The position numbers and the translations under genes were made by a program. A stretch of 64,000 nucleotides of DNA from an uncultured Gammaproteobacteria bacterium (GTDB lineage Bacteria; Pseudomonadota; Gammaproteobacteria; Magnimaribacterales; TMED112). Location: positions 11,667 to 75,666 of the forward strand of contig CAJWAI010000002.1 in assembly GCA_913020145.1 (NCBI GenBank), written 5' to 3'. The notes beneath the pieces are model-generated. The model searched no databases and was not told where the DNA came from. It saw only the letters and a program-made list of their open reading frames with translations. Below, piece by piece: positions 27,694-36,404 of the stretch (within the stretch, counting starts at the first letter, position 1; each line of letters starts with the position of its first letter).

Positions 27694-28140
27694 TTATTCT
27701 CCGTAATATCCTGCAGTATTTCCTGGATGTTCAGAGACCTCTACAGATAATACTTTTACATTATAGCCATTTAACTTGAAATGATTATCTAAAAACTTAA
27801 AAGTCATTTCTGCAAACCTCTCACAACTTATTTCAGGGACCTCTACAATTTTTGCAATTTTATTATTTTCCAATAATTTTATTTCATCAATATGAGGGTC
27901 ATTTGCCGCAACTAGAAGGGTGTGGTCAAAATGATCTCGTAACCAGTTTTCTAAAAAACTAAAATTACCAAAATCGTATACCCAATTTTTCTTATCTAGT
28001 TCATTGGCACCTAAAGTTATGATAAATCCCAGACTGTATCCGTGAATATAGCTGCAGTGAGAATCTGCCGACCACTGCCTAAAAGCGCAAGAGAAACCCT
28101 TGTCATGACCATATGTCTTAACTACTTTATAAGTACTCAT
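27694..28140 (-). CDS. QueD / 6-pyruvoyl-tetrahydropterin synthase family protein (atypical)
   Basis: SHCSYIHGYSL aligns by eye with the CGRLHGHSF region of QueD. C-terminal ...EHPGNTAGYYGE resembles ...ETCTAGCIYRGE. Lies next to folE. Confidence 0.65.
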   Translation of the reverse strand: MSTYKVVKTYGHDKGFSCAFRQWSADSHCSYIHGYSLGFIITLGANELDKKNWVYDFGNFSFLENWLRDHFDHTLLVAANDPHIDEIKLLENNKIAKIVEVPEISCERFAEMTFKFLDNHFKLNGYNVKVLSVEVSEHPGNTAGYYGE

Positions 28141-28699
28141 TTATTAGATCTCTTAATTGTTTAAATGGTAATCCATTGATTGCCTCAAGGCTCCCAATAA
28201 CTTCTTTATGAAGTTTATATCCATTTTCTTCGAACTTATAGGATGCACATGAATTTAAGGGGCTATCAAGCTCCACATAGTTTTTTATTTCAGCAGCAGT
28301 TAAATTTTTCATAGTCAAAGTGCATATAGCAGTATATTTGTTAATTACCTCGCTATTCTTCACAAAAACGTAAGACCCTATTAGATGATGTGTATTTCCT
28401 GAAAGTATTTTTAAATTATTAATTGCCTTAGTTACTGTTAATGGTTTTTCAAAAATATCATTATTGAAGATACATATTTGGTCACAACCCAAAATTATAT
28501 TCTCTGGGTATATGGTTGATAAGCTTTGTGCCTTAGCCTCAGCCAAAAAGTAACTTAGTTGTCTTGGATCAACTAAAGTAGAATTTTCTTTTAGTTCGTC
28601 TTCATTTATTAAGGGCTTCTCACAAATATAAGGAACATCATACTTAGAAAGAATTTCTTTTCGAATCTGTGATGAAGATGCAAGAACTAATGGCTTCAA
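28127..28699 (-). CDS. maf: Maf-like nucleoside triphosphate pyrophosphatase
   Basis: LVLASSSQIRKEIL N-terminus and GCDQ segment typical of Maf/YhdE. 190 aa. Confidence 0.8.
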   Translation of the reverse strand: MKPLVLASSSQIRKEILSKYDVPYICEKPLINEDELKENSTLVDPRQLSYFLAEAKAQSLSTIYPENIILGCDQICIFNNDIFEKPLTVTKAINNLKILSGNTHHLIGSYVFVKNSEVINKYTAICTLTMKNLTAAEIKNYVELDSPLNSCASYKFEENGYKLHKEVIGSLEAINGLPFKQLRDLINEYL

Positions 28700-28704
28700 G
28701 TGTC

Positions 28705-29283
28705 CTAGAATTTGGGCAGATTAATGAAACTTAAGAATTCATTTCTTGTTCTTGGATTATCATTAAAAACGCCACGCATAGCACTAGTCACTGTTGATGA
28801 TTCAGGCTTGTTTACTCCTCTAGTAGTCATGCACTGATGAGATGCATCAATTACAACTGCTACACCTTTAGGTTGAAGGACATTTTCAATGGCATTTGCA
28901 ATTTGTGCAGTCATTTTTTCTTGAATTTGTAATCTTTTTGCAAATATATCAACCACTCTTGCTAATTTACTTATACCTACGACTCTATTATTTGGTATAT
29001 ATGCAATATGTGCTCTTCCTATAATTGGCACCATATGGTGTTCACAATGTGACTCAACACCAATATCTTTTACTAATACCATCTCATCGTATCCTTCTAC
29101 TTCCTCAAATGTTGTTCTTAAGATTTCTTCTGGATCCTGTTCATAGCCAGCAAAGAATTCTTTATAGGCTCTAGCTACTCTATCAGGCGTGCCTACCAAT
29201 CCTTCTCTATCAGGGTCATCACCGGCCCATAACAGCAATTTTCTTACAGCTTCATGGACTTCTTTTTCTGTCGGTTTGCTCAT
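28705..29283 (-). CDS. folE: GTP cyclohydrolase I
   Basis: [20 protein letters not shown] and QERMT-like QEKMTAQIA motifs. Confidence 0.95.
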   Translation of the reverse strand: MSKPTEKEVHEAVRKLLLWAGDDPDREGLVGTPDRVARAYKEFFAGYEQDPEEILRTTFEEVEGYDEMVLVKDIGVESHCEHHMVPIIGRAHIAYIPNNRVVGISKLARVVDIFAKRLQIQEKMTAQIANAIENVLQPKGVAVVIDASHQCMTTRGVNKPESSTVTSAMRGVFNDNPRTRNEFLSFINLPKF

Positions 29284-29321
29284 AAAGGCTTATTATAACT
29301 ACAAGAATGTCTTTTCTGTAA

Positions 29322-30278
29322 CTATTTAAACGGGATTTCTATAAATTCAAGTAGATTTTTTTCTTCATCTCTTAAAACAATATTCATATTTGCGCTAGTG
29401 AATTCGATTACACCATAGTTATGAATCGTATGTGTTTCACCAAGTAATAGGGTGTCTGTCTCTGGATAAGGTGGAAGACCACGATTTAATGATGAGGCTG
29501 TTATTTCAATAAGATTTCCTTTCTTATAAATACCTCCACGGTGCCTATCCCCACTAACGATCAACACTGTTGAATCTAGTTTTTCAAGCATAGAAATAAG
29601 CTTCGTTCTTTCATGTGGAAAATTAGACCATTTTTCAAATCTATGTTCTGTAGCTAATAATTGAATTGATGTAGCTAAAATCAAAATATCATGAGGTTGT
29701 AAAAGCTCACCTTTTAGCCAATTCCATTGCTCTTTGCCTAAGATTGTTGAAGTAGGGGCAGTATTTTTTTGATAAGCGCCATCTTTTTTAATTAAGTCAC
29801 TCCGAAAATACCTAGTATCAAGCCCTATAATAAGTACTTTTTTATCTGAAATTGATTTTGTAGTGCTGAAATATATCCCTTCTCTTGATCTTCTTTTATC
29901 AGAATCAGGAATATTCCAAAAATTATTAAATAATTCTTGCGATTGGGATCTATATTTATATGATGCTCCTCCATCATTTAAACCAAAGTCATGATCATCC
30001 CAAATAACGAGAAGCTCAGTCTCTTTTAGCCATGCAGGCATAATCGAACTAAAAAGTTCATAAGACTGCTTTAAATAGTCTAATTCCCCACTTGGAATAT
30101 CCCCATAAACGTTATCGCCTAAAAAAAAGAATGCATCTAAGTTCTCGTCTGCAAGTGCATCCCACGCCGGTGTAGGATAATTTTGGTTATTACACGAACC
30201 TAAGCCTATTTTGTACTGAACCTCAGCAGTAACTAAGTTAGAAAATATGAAAACAAGGAGAAAATTTATTAGTTTCAT
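29322..30278 (-). CDS. PhoD-like metallophosphatase (short alkaline phosphatase D family)
   Basis: Signal peptide MKLINFLLVFIFSNLVTA. GSCNNQ, FLGDNVY, IWDDHDFGLNDGG and SGDRH metallophosphoesterase motifs. The internal ATG at 30278 gives the signal peptide. Confidence 0.75.
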   Translation of the reverse strand: MKLINFLLVFIFSNLVTAEVQYKIGLGSCNNQNYPTPAWDALADENLDAFFFLGDNVYGDIPSGELDYLKQSYELFSSIMPAWLKETELLVIWDDHDFGLNDGGASYKYRSQSQELFNNFWNIPDSDKRRSREGIYFSTTKSISDKKVLIIGLDTRYFRSDLIKKDGAYQKNTAPTSTILGKEQWNWLKGELLQPHDILILATSIQLLATEHRFEKWSNFPHERTKLISMLEKLDSTVLIVSGDRHRGGIYKKGNLIEITASSLNRGLPPYPETDTLLLGETHTIHNYGVIEFTSANMNIVLRDEEKNLLEFIEIPFK

Positions 30279-30355
30279 TAATGATAAATTGTAACACTTA
30301 CATTGAATTAACTTAGACAAGAAAACTAAAAGATTGTATATTATTTAGCTCGTTT

Positions 30356-30430
30356 GCGACCATAGTATAACGGCTATTACGAGGCCTTGCCAAGGCTTAG
30401 ATTCGAGTTCGATTCTCGATGGTCGCTCCA
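30356..30430 (+). tRNA. tRNA-Gly (anticodon GCC)
   Basis: Acceptor GCGACCA/TGGTCGC. Anticodon arm AGGCC-TTGCCAA-GGCTT. T-arm TCGAG-TTCGATT-CTCGA. Encoded CCA end. Confidence 0.9.
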
Positions 30431-30439
30431 CTACAGAGG

Positions 30440-30832
30440 CTAATTTCTCTGAAGAAACTGTTTTGTTATAGAACAGGTTTGAACAGAAAATACAGTTTCA
30501 CCATTTATAGATCCAGTGAAAATATTATCAATTTTACTTAGATTGATTACTCCAACAATTTCATTATTACCATGCCCCCAATTAATAAAGTCATCACTTT
30601 CATCAATTTTTTGATGTTTTACAGAAGGCTCACCACCAGGATAATTAAAATAAGTAAGATAATTTTCTCTTTTATTTATATAGAAAGTCATATCAGGGGA
30701 AGTGCAGTTACCATCTCTACTATTGACATCGTAGTAATGATGAGGAGTAAATAAACCTGATAAAGCACCATAAAAACCAATGACTATGGCCATTAATATT
30801 AATATTACATATAGAATTCTTTCGCCCTTCAC
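30440..30832 (-). CDS. Membrane-anchored hypothetical protein
   Basis: 130 aa with an N-terminal TM (ILYVILILMAIVIGFYGALSGLF). No family recognised. Confidence 0.45.
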   Translation of the reverse strand: MKGERILYVILILMAIVIGFYGALSGLFTPHHYYDVNSRDGNCTSPDMTFYINKRENYLTYFNYPGGEPSVKHQKIDESDDFINWGHGNNEIVGVINLSKIDNIFTGSINGETVFSVQTCSITKQFLQRN

Positions 30833-30835
30833 TTT

Positions 30836-31150
30836 CTACTGAAATGCCTTTGCGACACAAGCAGTGGCTATTCCGACAAGTTTCTCATTAGCCGCAATTA
30901 TTTGAATTTGTTCAAATTCAGAAGCACCTAACATTTCCATGCTTAATAAACCTAATTCAACGTATGTAAATTGATTTGCTACACCATGTGTAGCACAACC
31001 ACAATATTCAAATTGAAAGCCAAGCATTTGATCGAACTCGGGAACAACTTCATCTACGCAACCTTCAAAGAAACTTTTAAGTAAAGTTTTATCTTCGATT
31101 TCACCATCACTAAAAAATGAAATTAATAGTATTAATAATATCTTCTTCAT
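30836..31150 (-). CDS. Small secreted Cys-containing hypothetical protein
   Basis: The internal ATG gives the signal-like N-terminus MKKILLILLISFF. 4 Cys residues. No family recognised. Confidence 0.4.
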   Translation of the reverse strand: MKKILLILLISFFSDGEIEDKTLLKSFFEGCVDEVVPEFDQMLGFQFEYCGCATHGVANQFTYVELGLLSMEMLGASEFEQIQIIAANEKLVGIATACVAKAFQ

Positions 31151-31233
31151 TAAATTAGAATAACAAAGAGTAAACATTTGTCATTATTTAGGTAACAATA
31201 TAAATATGTTATTTAATTAAATTGGAGTTAATC

Positions 31234-31668
31234 ATGATTAAGAAATTTTTTATTCTATTTTTATTTATATCTTTAAATTCATACTCTCATACAGTAAAAG
31301 AAGGTGATATGGATGGTTCATGGCGAGCAATTGAGGCTTTCATTAATGGTGAAGAACAAGAAGTTGTTGATGGTTTAATGGTTGCAACTGAGGGCTATAT
31401 GTCTGTTAATTGGACAGCAGCTGATGGCAATAAATATTTCAATTACTCATCCTATGAAATCAATAATGGTGCAGTAAGTGTAGAAATTTTAAATCACACG
31501 CTAGATCAATATATAGGCGCTAAATTTACTCATAAACCCAATTTTATGGGCGACAAGAAATCCTATATAACAACTTTTACTTGGGACGATGTTGAGTATA
31601 CACATAGATGGGAAAAGATGAGTTGTGCATACGAAAAATGCGCACGTATTTCAGATTTTAGAGATTAA
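31234..31668 (+). CDS. Small secreted hypothetical protein
   Basis: MIKKFFILFLFISLNSYS signal. Beta-rich body. No family recognised. Confidence 0.45.
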   Translation: MIKKFFILFLFISLNSYSHTVKEGDMDGSWRAIEAFINGEEQEVVDGLMVATEGYMSVNWTAADGNKYFNYSSYEINNGAVSVEILNHTLDQYIGAKFTHKPNFMGDKKSYITTFTWDDVEYTHRWEKMSCAYEKCARISDFRD

Positions 31669-31673
31669 TATTA

Positions 31674-32642
31674 ATGGTAAATATTGGTGACTTACGTGCT
31701 AGTTATGAACGTATTTCTAACTATTTAGTTGAAACACCAATACTTTCATCTGGTAACCTTAATAAAAAATTTGAAGCAAATATTTTCCTTAAGAATGAAG
31801 TAGATCAATTAACAGGTTCTTTTAAAATTAGAGGAGCATTATCTGCTCTAAGTCACCTAAAAAGTCATGGTGTTGAAGGTGTAGTAGCTTTTTCGTCCGG
31901 AAACCATGCTCAAGGTGTTTCCAAAGCTGCACAGATCTTTGATATGAAGGCAATTATTGTGATGCCAAAGGATGCGCCGAAAAATAAAATTGAAAAGACC
32001 AAAGGAAATGGTGCTGAAATTGTACTCTATGAGAGACATGTGCAAAGTAGAGAAGAAATTGCAGAACAAATAGCAAAAGATAAAGATTACCCTCTAGTAA
32101 GACCGTTTGATAATCAGCAAATTATTGCAGGGCAGGGCAGTTTTGGTTTAGAGGCATGCGAGTTTTTTCTTGCTAATGATATCAAACCAGATATTGTCTT
32201 ATCGTGTACATCTGGCGGTGGCCTAGTTGCAGGAACTAGCATAGCTTTTAAACATTACTTTCCTGATACAGAAATTTACCCAGTAGAGCCTTTAACTTGT
32301 AATGACACGCAAATATCATTAGAAAATAAAACTAGAACAGAAATAAAGAATCATATTCCAACTATTTGTGATGCTTTAGAAGTGGAGATACCAGGAAAGC
32401 TGACCTTCCCTATAAACCTTCAAAATTGTAAAAAGGGATTAGCCGTTTCTGATAAAGAAGTCTGTCAAGCTATGAAGTATTTGTATGAGGAATTCAATGT
32501 AAAGAGTGAGCCAAGTGGTTGTGTGAGTCTCGCTGCTATTCTTTCTAACAAGATCGATGTCAGAGAAAAAAATGTTCTAGTTACTATATCTGGTGGCAAT
32601 GTTGATGCAGATAGTTTTGATAAATATATAGACTCAGCTTAA
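31674..32642 (+). CDS. PLP-dependent threonine/serine dehydratase family enzyme (serine racemase / hydroxyaspartate ammonia-lyase-like, no regulatory domain)
   Basis: GSFKIRGA (PLP lysine), SSGNHAQGV, CTSGGGL motifs. 322 aa. Confidence 0.85.
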   Translation: MVNIGDLRASYERISNYLVETPILSSGNLNKKFEANIFLKNEVDQLTGSFKIRGALSALSHLKSHGVEGVVAFSSGNHAQGVSKAAQIFDMKAIIVMPKDAPKNKIEKTKGNGAEIVLYERHVQSREEIAEQIAKDKDYPLVRPFDNQQIIAGQGSFGLEACEFFLANDIKPDIVLSCTSGGGLVAGTSIAFKHYFPDTEIYPVEPLTCNDTQISLENKTRTEIKNHIPTICDALEVEIPGKLTFPINLQNCKKGLAVSDKEVCQAMKYLYEEFNVKSEPSGCVSLAAILSNKIDVREKNVLVTISGGNVDADSFDKYIDSA

Positions 32643-32750
32643 AAACTTATATAACAAATATAAAAATGTTCCAATTGACAAAACTATTACCAGAATCACT
32701 CCTAGCGCATAGGTGATTTGCATAGCTTTGTCTTCTGGCCTAAACAATTT

Positions 32751-34022
32751 CTATTTGGTTATATCTTTATAAATAATGCCTTCTTTCATAACAAAGACAA
32801 CATTTTCCATGACTGAAATATCTTCTAAGGGATTACCTTCAACAGCAATTATATCTGCGATCTTACCTTCTTCCAAAGAGCCTAATTCATCTGAGATTCT
32901 GAGTAATTTTGCTGTTTCCATGGTTGCTGATTTAATTGCTTCCATTTCGTCCATACCATATTTGACCATGTATACAAATTCTTGCCAGTTCGTACCATGC
33001 GCTTGCACACCAACATCAGTACCAAATGCAATTTTGACACCTCTATTATAAGCTTTGCCAAAGGTTGCTCCGATCTGTGGCCCAACAGTAGCAGCTTTAG
33101 GTCTGACAATTTCAGGGAAATAGTTATCGATTTTAGATTTTTCTGCAACAAATTCTCCAGCAGAGATTGTAGGTACATAATAGGTGCCTCTCTCAATCAT
33201 GAGATCCATAACTTCTTCGGTCATAAAAGTACCATGCTCAACTGAATCAACTCCTGCTAAAACAGCTCTTTTCATGCCTTCAGGACCATGTGCATGAACG
33301 GCAACCCAAAAACCATAATCTTTTGCAGCTTCTACAACAGCTTCAATTTCCTCTTCTGTAAATTGAGGGTTGTCTCCTGATTTAGCTACACTAAGAACAC
33401 CACCAGTCACTGTTAATTTTATTCCATCAGCACCATCTTTATATCTTTGTCTTACGGCAGTAAATGCCTCATAAGGACCATTAATTACACCATCCTCAGG
33501 TGTAGGGTACTCATATTCATCGGCACTCATACCATTAGTTGGATCGGCATGACCACCAGTTGTAGCTATACTTTTACCAGCAGCAAAAATTCTGGGACCC
33601 ACGACTTGTTTAGAATTTATAGTATCTCTTAAGCTAATAGCTACTAAACCGCTATCACCAACTTGTCTCACAGTGGTAAAGCCTGCATCAAGAGTTATTA
33701 CTGCATGTTTTGCAGCTAATATAGCCACAGTTTCTCTTTCCACTTTCACTGGTCTTTCTGCTTTTGATTGGTACTCCCCACCAAAATGAACATGCATATC
33801 CATTAAACCTGGCATGACGGTATAAGACTTAAGGTTTATATATTCATATCCAGCAGGGTTTAAATATCCCTTAGAAATGGATTTAATCTTCCCATCATTA
33901 ATTATGATGGTTGAATTTGTCTTTGAGTCATTTGATACACCATCAATATAAACAGATGTATGAATCAGGGTTTCAGCATTAAGCTGAAAAATAACTAATG
34001 TTAAAAGTAATAAAAATCTCAT
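32751..34022 (-). CDS. Secreted metal-dependent amidohydrolase (Xaa-Pro dipeptidase / imidazolonepropionase-related)
   Basis: Signal peptide. [28 protein letters not shown] motifs. Confidence 0.8.
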   Translation of the reverse strand: MRFLLLLTLVIFQLNAETLIHTSVYIDGVSNDSKTNSTIIINDGKIKSISKGYLNPAGYEYINLKSYTVMPGLMDMHVHFGGEYQSKAERPVKVERETVAILAAKHAVITLDAGFTTVRQVGDSGLVAISLRDTINSKQVVGPRIFAAGKSIATTGGHADPTNGMSADEYEYPTPEDGVINGPYEAFTAVRQRYKDGADGIKLTVTGGVLSVAKSGDNPQFTEEEIEAVVEAAKDYGFWVAVHAHGPEGMKRAVLAGVDSVEHGTFMTEEVMDLMIERGTYYVPTISAGEFVAEKSKIDNYFPEIVRPKAATVGPQIGATFGKAYNRGVKIAFGTDVGVQAHGTNWQEFVYMVKYGMDEMEAIKSATMETAKLLRISDELGSLEEGKIADIIAVEGNPLEDISVMENVVFVMKEGIIYKDITK

Positions 34023-34052
34023 CTTTTTCTCTTAAGTTCTTATAATTAAACC

Positions 34053-34655
34053 ATGATAAGACATTTTAGTCAGTTATTGGCAATAACCTTATTTTTGATA
34101 TCTTGTTCTGCTGATGAGATTAATAAAACTGAAACTGAAGTAATTAGTGACTCTTATTTCTTTCAAAAGAAGGTCTTTAATGTAAATCTTTATAGCTGTA
34201 TATCAAGAAGTGATAGATTTAGTGCTAACCACCTTATTACCTATGACCGCCTTAATCAGATTAGATTATCTGAAATAGTAGATGATAAAGAAGAAATTGA
34301 AGGATGTACTTTAGAATCATTTAGATTAAAAGAACTTACCCCTAATTATTCATACCTCCTAAACAACTCTTTTTTATTGGAAAGTTCCATATGTACTTCA
34401 CTAAGTGATGAAAATCTAGAATCTAATCTTGAACCGTACATGTCAACTCTTAAGCGAGAGGAAATTAAAGTCTGGACGGGAATAACTGATATCAATGAAA
34501 ATACTTTTTTATGGGTTAATGTTTGGCAATCTGAGGAATCTAGAACAGAATTTATGAGCTATTGGCTAGATACAAGGAAATCTGGCATTTTAGCTAACGA
34601 TTTAAGAAATATAGCCTATTGTCAGACTCCAGAGATCTTAATGTTTCTTAAATAA
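34053..34655 (+). CDS. Lipoprotein, function unknown
   Basis: Lipobox LFLISC after a signal sequence. 200 aa. No family recognised. Confidence 0.45.
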   Translation: MIRHFSQLLAITLFLISCSADEINKTETEVISDSYFFQKKVFNVNLYSCISRSDRFSANHLITYDRLNQIRLSEIVDDKEEIEGCTLESFRLKELTPNYSYLLNNSFLLESSICTSLSDENLESNLEPYMSTLKREEIKVWTGITDINENTFLWVNVWQSEESRTEFMSYWLDTRKSGILANDLRNIAYCQTPEILMFLK

Positions 34656-34682
34656 TATATAAGCTCTATAATATATGGCGCT

Positions 34683-34758
34683 GCGACTGTGGTGTTAATG
34701 GCTAGCACAAAAGCCTTCCAAGCTTTTGGTATGGGTTCGAATCCCATCAGTCGCTCCA
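34683..34758 (+). tRNA. tRNA-Gly (anticodon UCC)
   Basis: Acceptor GCGACTG/CAGTCGC. Anticodon arm AAAGC-CTTCCAA-GCTTT. T-arm ATGGG-TTCGAAT-CCCAT. Encoded CCA end. Confidence 0.9.
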
Positions 34759-34777
34759 GTTTTTGTATAATATTCAC

Positions 34778-35284
34778 ATGTTAAATTTTCAAAAACAAGA
34801 TTCTTTGCAAACTCTTCATGAAGGATTGCTGGAATTTTATTCAATAAATCCACATTTTAGAGAATTAGTTGAAAAAGATAGCCCAAACGCCATGGTTTTC
34901 AAGGAACATGACTATACACATGTACTTTTTGGCTTAGGCACATCCATTGAAGAAGAATCTATATTAGATACATATGTAATTTGGGGCATGAAATTTAACT
35001 GGGGAAAGATTTTTGATTTTTATAAAGATCCAGAATACAAAGAAGTTATTGGTGATATTGTCACTAAACATGGCGGCTACTGGGGCATATTAAAAATATA
35101 TTTAGGGTTAATGTGGGTAAAAATGAAAGTTTTTTCTAGATGCATGAAAATGACCAAGAGGTGGAATTATCATGATATTTCTGAAGATGTTCTTAATACT
35201 CCTTTACGAGATTTAAGAAGGGAATACAACATTCAATTAATCCCTTTAGAAGAAATACCAATCGGTCGATACGTTTCTGAATAA
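34778..35284 (+). CDS. Hypothetical protein with a Coq4-like HDxxH...E motif
   Basis: EHDYTHVLFGLGTSIEEE fits the HDxxH-(x)9-11-E pattern. ATG 34778 preferred over the TTG at 34763, which lies 5 nt after the tRNA. Confidence 0.4.
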   Translation: MLNFQKQDSLQTLHEGLLEFYSINPHFRELVEKDSPNAMVFKEHDYTHVLFGLGTSIEEESILDTYVIWGMKFNWGKIFDFYKDPEYKEVIGDIVTKHGGYWGILKIYLGLMWVKMKVFSRCMKMTKRWNYHDISEDVLNTPLRDLRREYNIQLIPLEEIPIGRYVSE

Positions 35285-35307
35285 AAAAAGGGCATATTTC
35301 TATGCCC
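35283..35307 (-). terminator. Intrinsic terminator between convergent genes (GGGCATA-tttc-TATGCCC with a 7-A/T run)
   Basis: 7-bp stem. The U-run follows the hairpin on the minus strand, so it suits the mscS-family gene. It is weaker in the plus direction. Confidence 0.6.
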
Positions 35308-35360
35308 TTAATCGAGTGAGGATGTCGATATTAACTTTGACTATAAGAAATAGAAAAAGT

Positions 35361-36404
35361 TCAATTTTTTTCTACATGTATTGTTCTTGTTGGATAAGCA
35401 AAGTCTGAACCATTATTTTTAACTATTCTCATTATCTCCATAATTAGCTCTTCTCTAGCAACACAATAATCATGCCACTGAGTAGACTTTGTAAAACAAT
35501 TTACAAGAACATCAATACTGGAGTCATTAAAGTCTGTAACTCTAATTGTTGATTGGACTTGATCTGCATCGACTAAATTAGTGTTTTTTTCTATGTAAGA
35601 TTCAATATCTTTTCTAATTGCCATAATAGTCTCTGGAGTTGTCTCATAAAGTAGCCCAACATGGAATCTAATTCTTCTAAAAGGCATCTCAGAGAAGTTA
35701 ATTATCTCTGAATCACTTAATACAGAGTTAGGAACATAAATTGGCGCCTTATCAAATCTTCGTATTAGTGTGGATCTGAAATCTATTTTTTCAACTGATC
35801 CTTCAGCTACGCCTTCAATATTTATCCAATCGCCTTGTTTAAATCTTTTTTCTCCAATGATAAGTAATCCACCTATTAAATTTTTAAAGAAATTCTGAGC
35901 ACCTAGTGCTAAAGCAACGGAGAATAGACCTAAACCTGCAATAATAGATGCTGCATCAACACCCCATAGCTCAAGTACACTAACTATTCCAAGTAAGTAA
36001 AAAACTAATTTTAATGTTCTAAATATCCAGGCTCTTAAGGTTGTAGATAAGAAGTCATATTTTTCACCTATAAAGTCTCTTAGTGGATCGGTAGTATCTG
36101 CAATAGACCAAAAAATAGCTATATAAAAATAACTTTTAATTAAAAGGTCAGCATAGGTATTGTAGGTTTCTGTTAGCGGTAAAGCTTGAACCATAGCATA
36201 TAAACCAATACCTAAAGGAATTAGTGTTAGTGGCTTCTTAAGTGTTTTAATAAAAGTATCATCATGTTCGGTTTGACTATGACTAGCAAAACTCATAAGT
36301 GCTTTAAAAACTAATGTGCGTGCAATGATGATAGCTGCAGCTGTAAGTCCTGCAATAACAGCAAGATTTATAGCTAATTCTTCATTAAATAGATCTAAAT
36401 TCAT
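35361..36404 (-). CDS. Mechanosensitive ion channel (MscS family)
   Basis: Multiple N-terminal TMs, then the FKQGDWINIEGVAEGSVEKIDFRSTLIRRFD beta-domain signature. Confidence 0.85.
   Translation of the reverse strand: MNLDLFNEELAINLAVIAGLTAAAIIIARTLVFKALMSFASHSQTEHDDTFIKTLKKPLTLIPLGIGLYAMVQALPLTETYNTYADLLIKSYFYIAIFWSIADTTDPLRDFIGEKYDFLSTTLRAWIFRTLKLVFYLLGIVSVLELWGVDAASIIAGLGLFSVALALGAQNFFKNLIGGLLIIGEKRFKQGDWINIEGVAEGSVEKIDFRSTLIRRFDKAPIYVPNSVLSDSEIINFSEMPFRRIRFHVGLLYETTPETIMAIRKDIESYIEKNTNLVDADQVQSTIRVTDFNDSSIDVLVNCFTKSTQWHDYCVAREELIMEIMRIVKNNGSDFAYPTRTIHVEKN

Noticed and set aside
30279-34762. Mobile element or prophage remnant at the tRNA-Gly genes.
   Set aside because: No integrase, transposase, phage genes or recognisable att direct repeats are visible. 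Only the weaker variable-islet hypothesis is retained as a low-interest finding.
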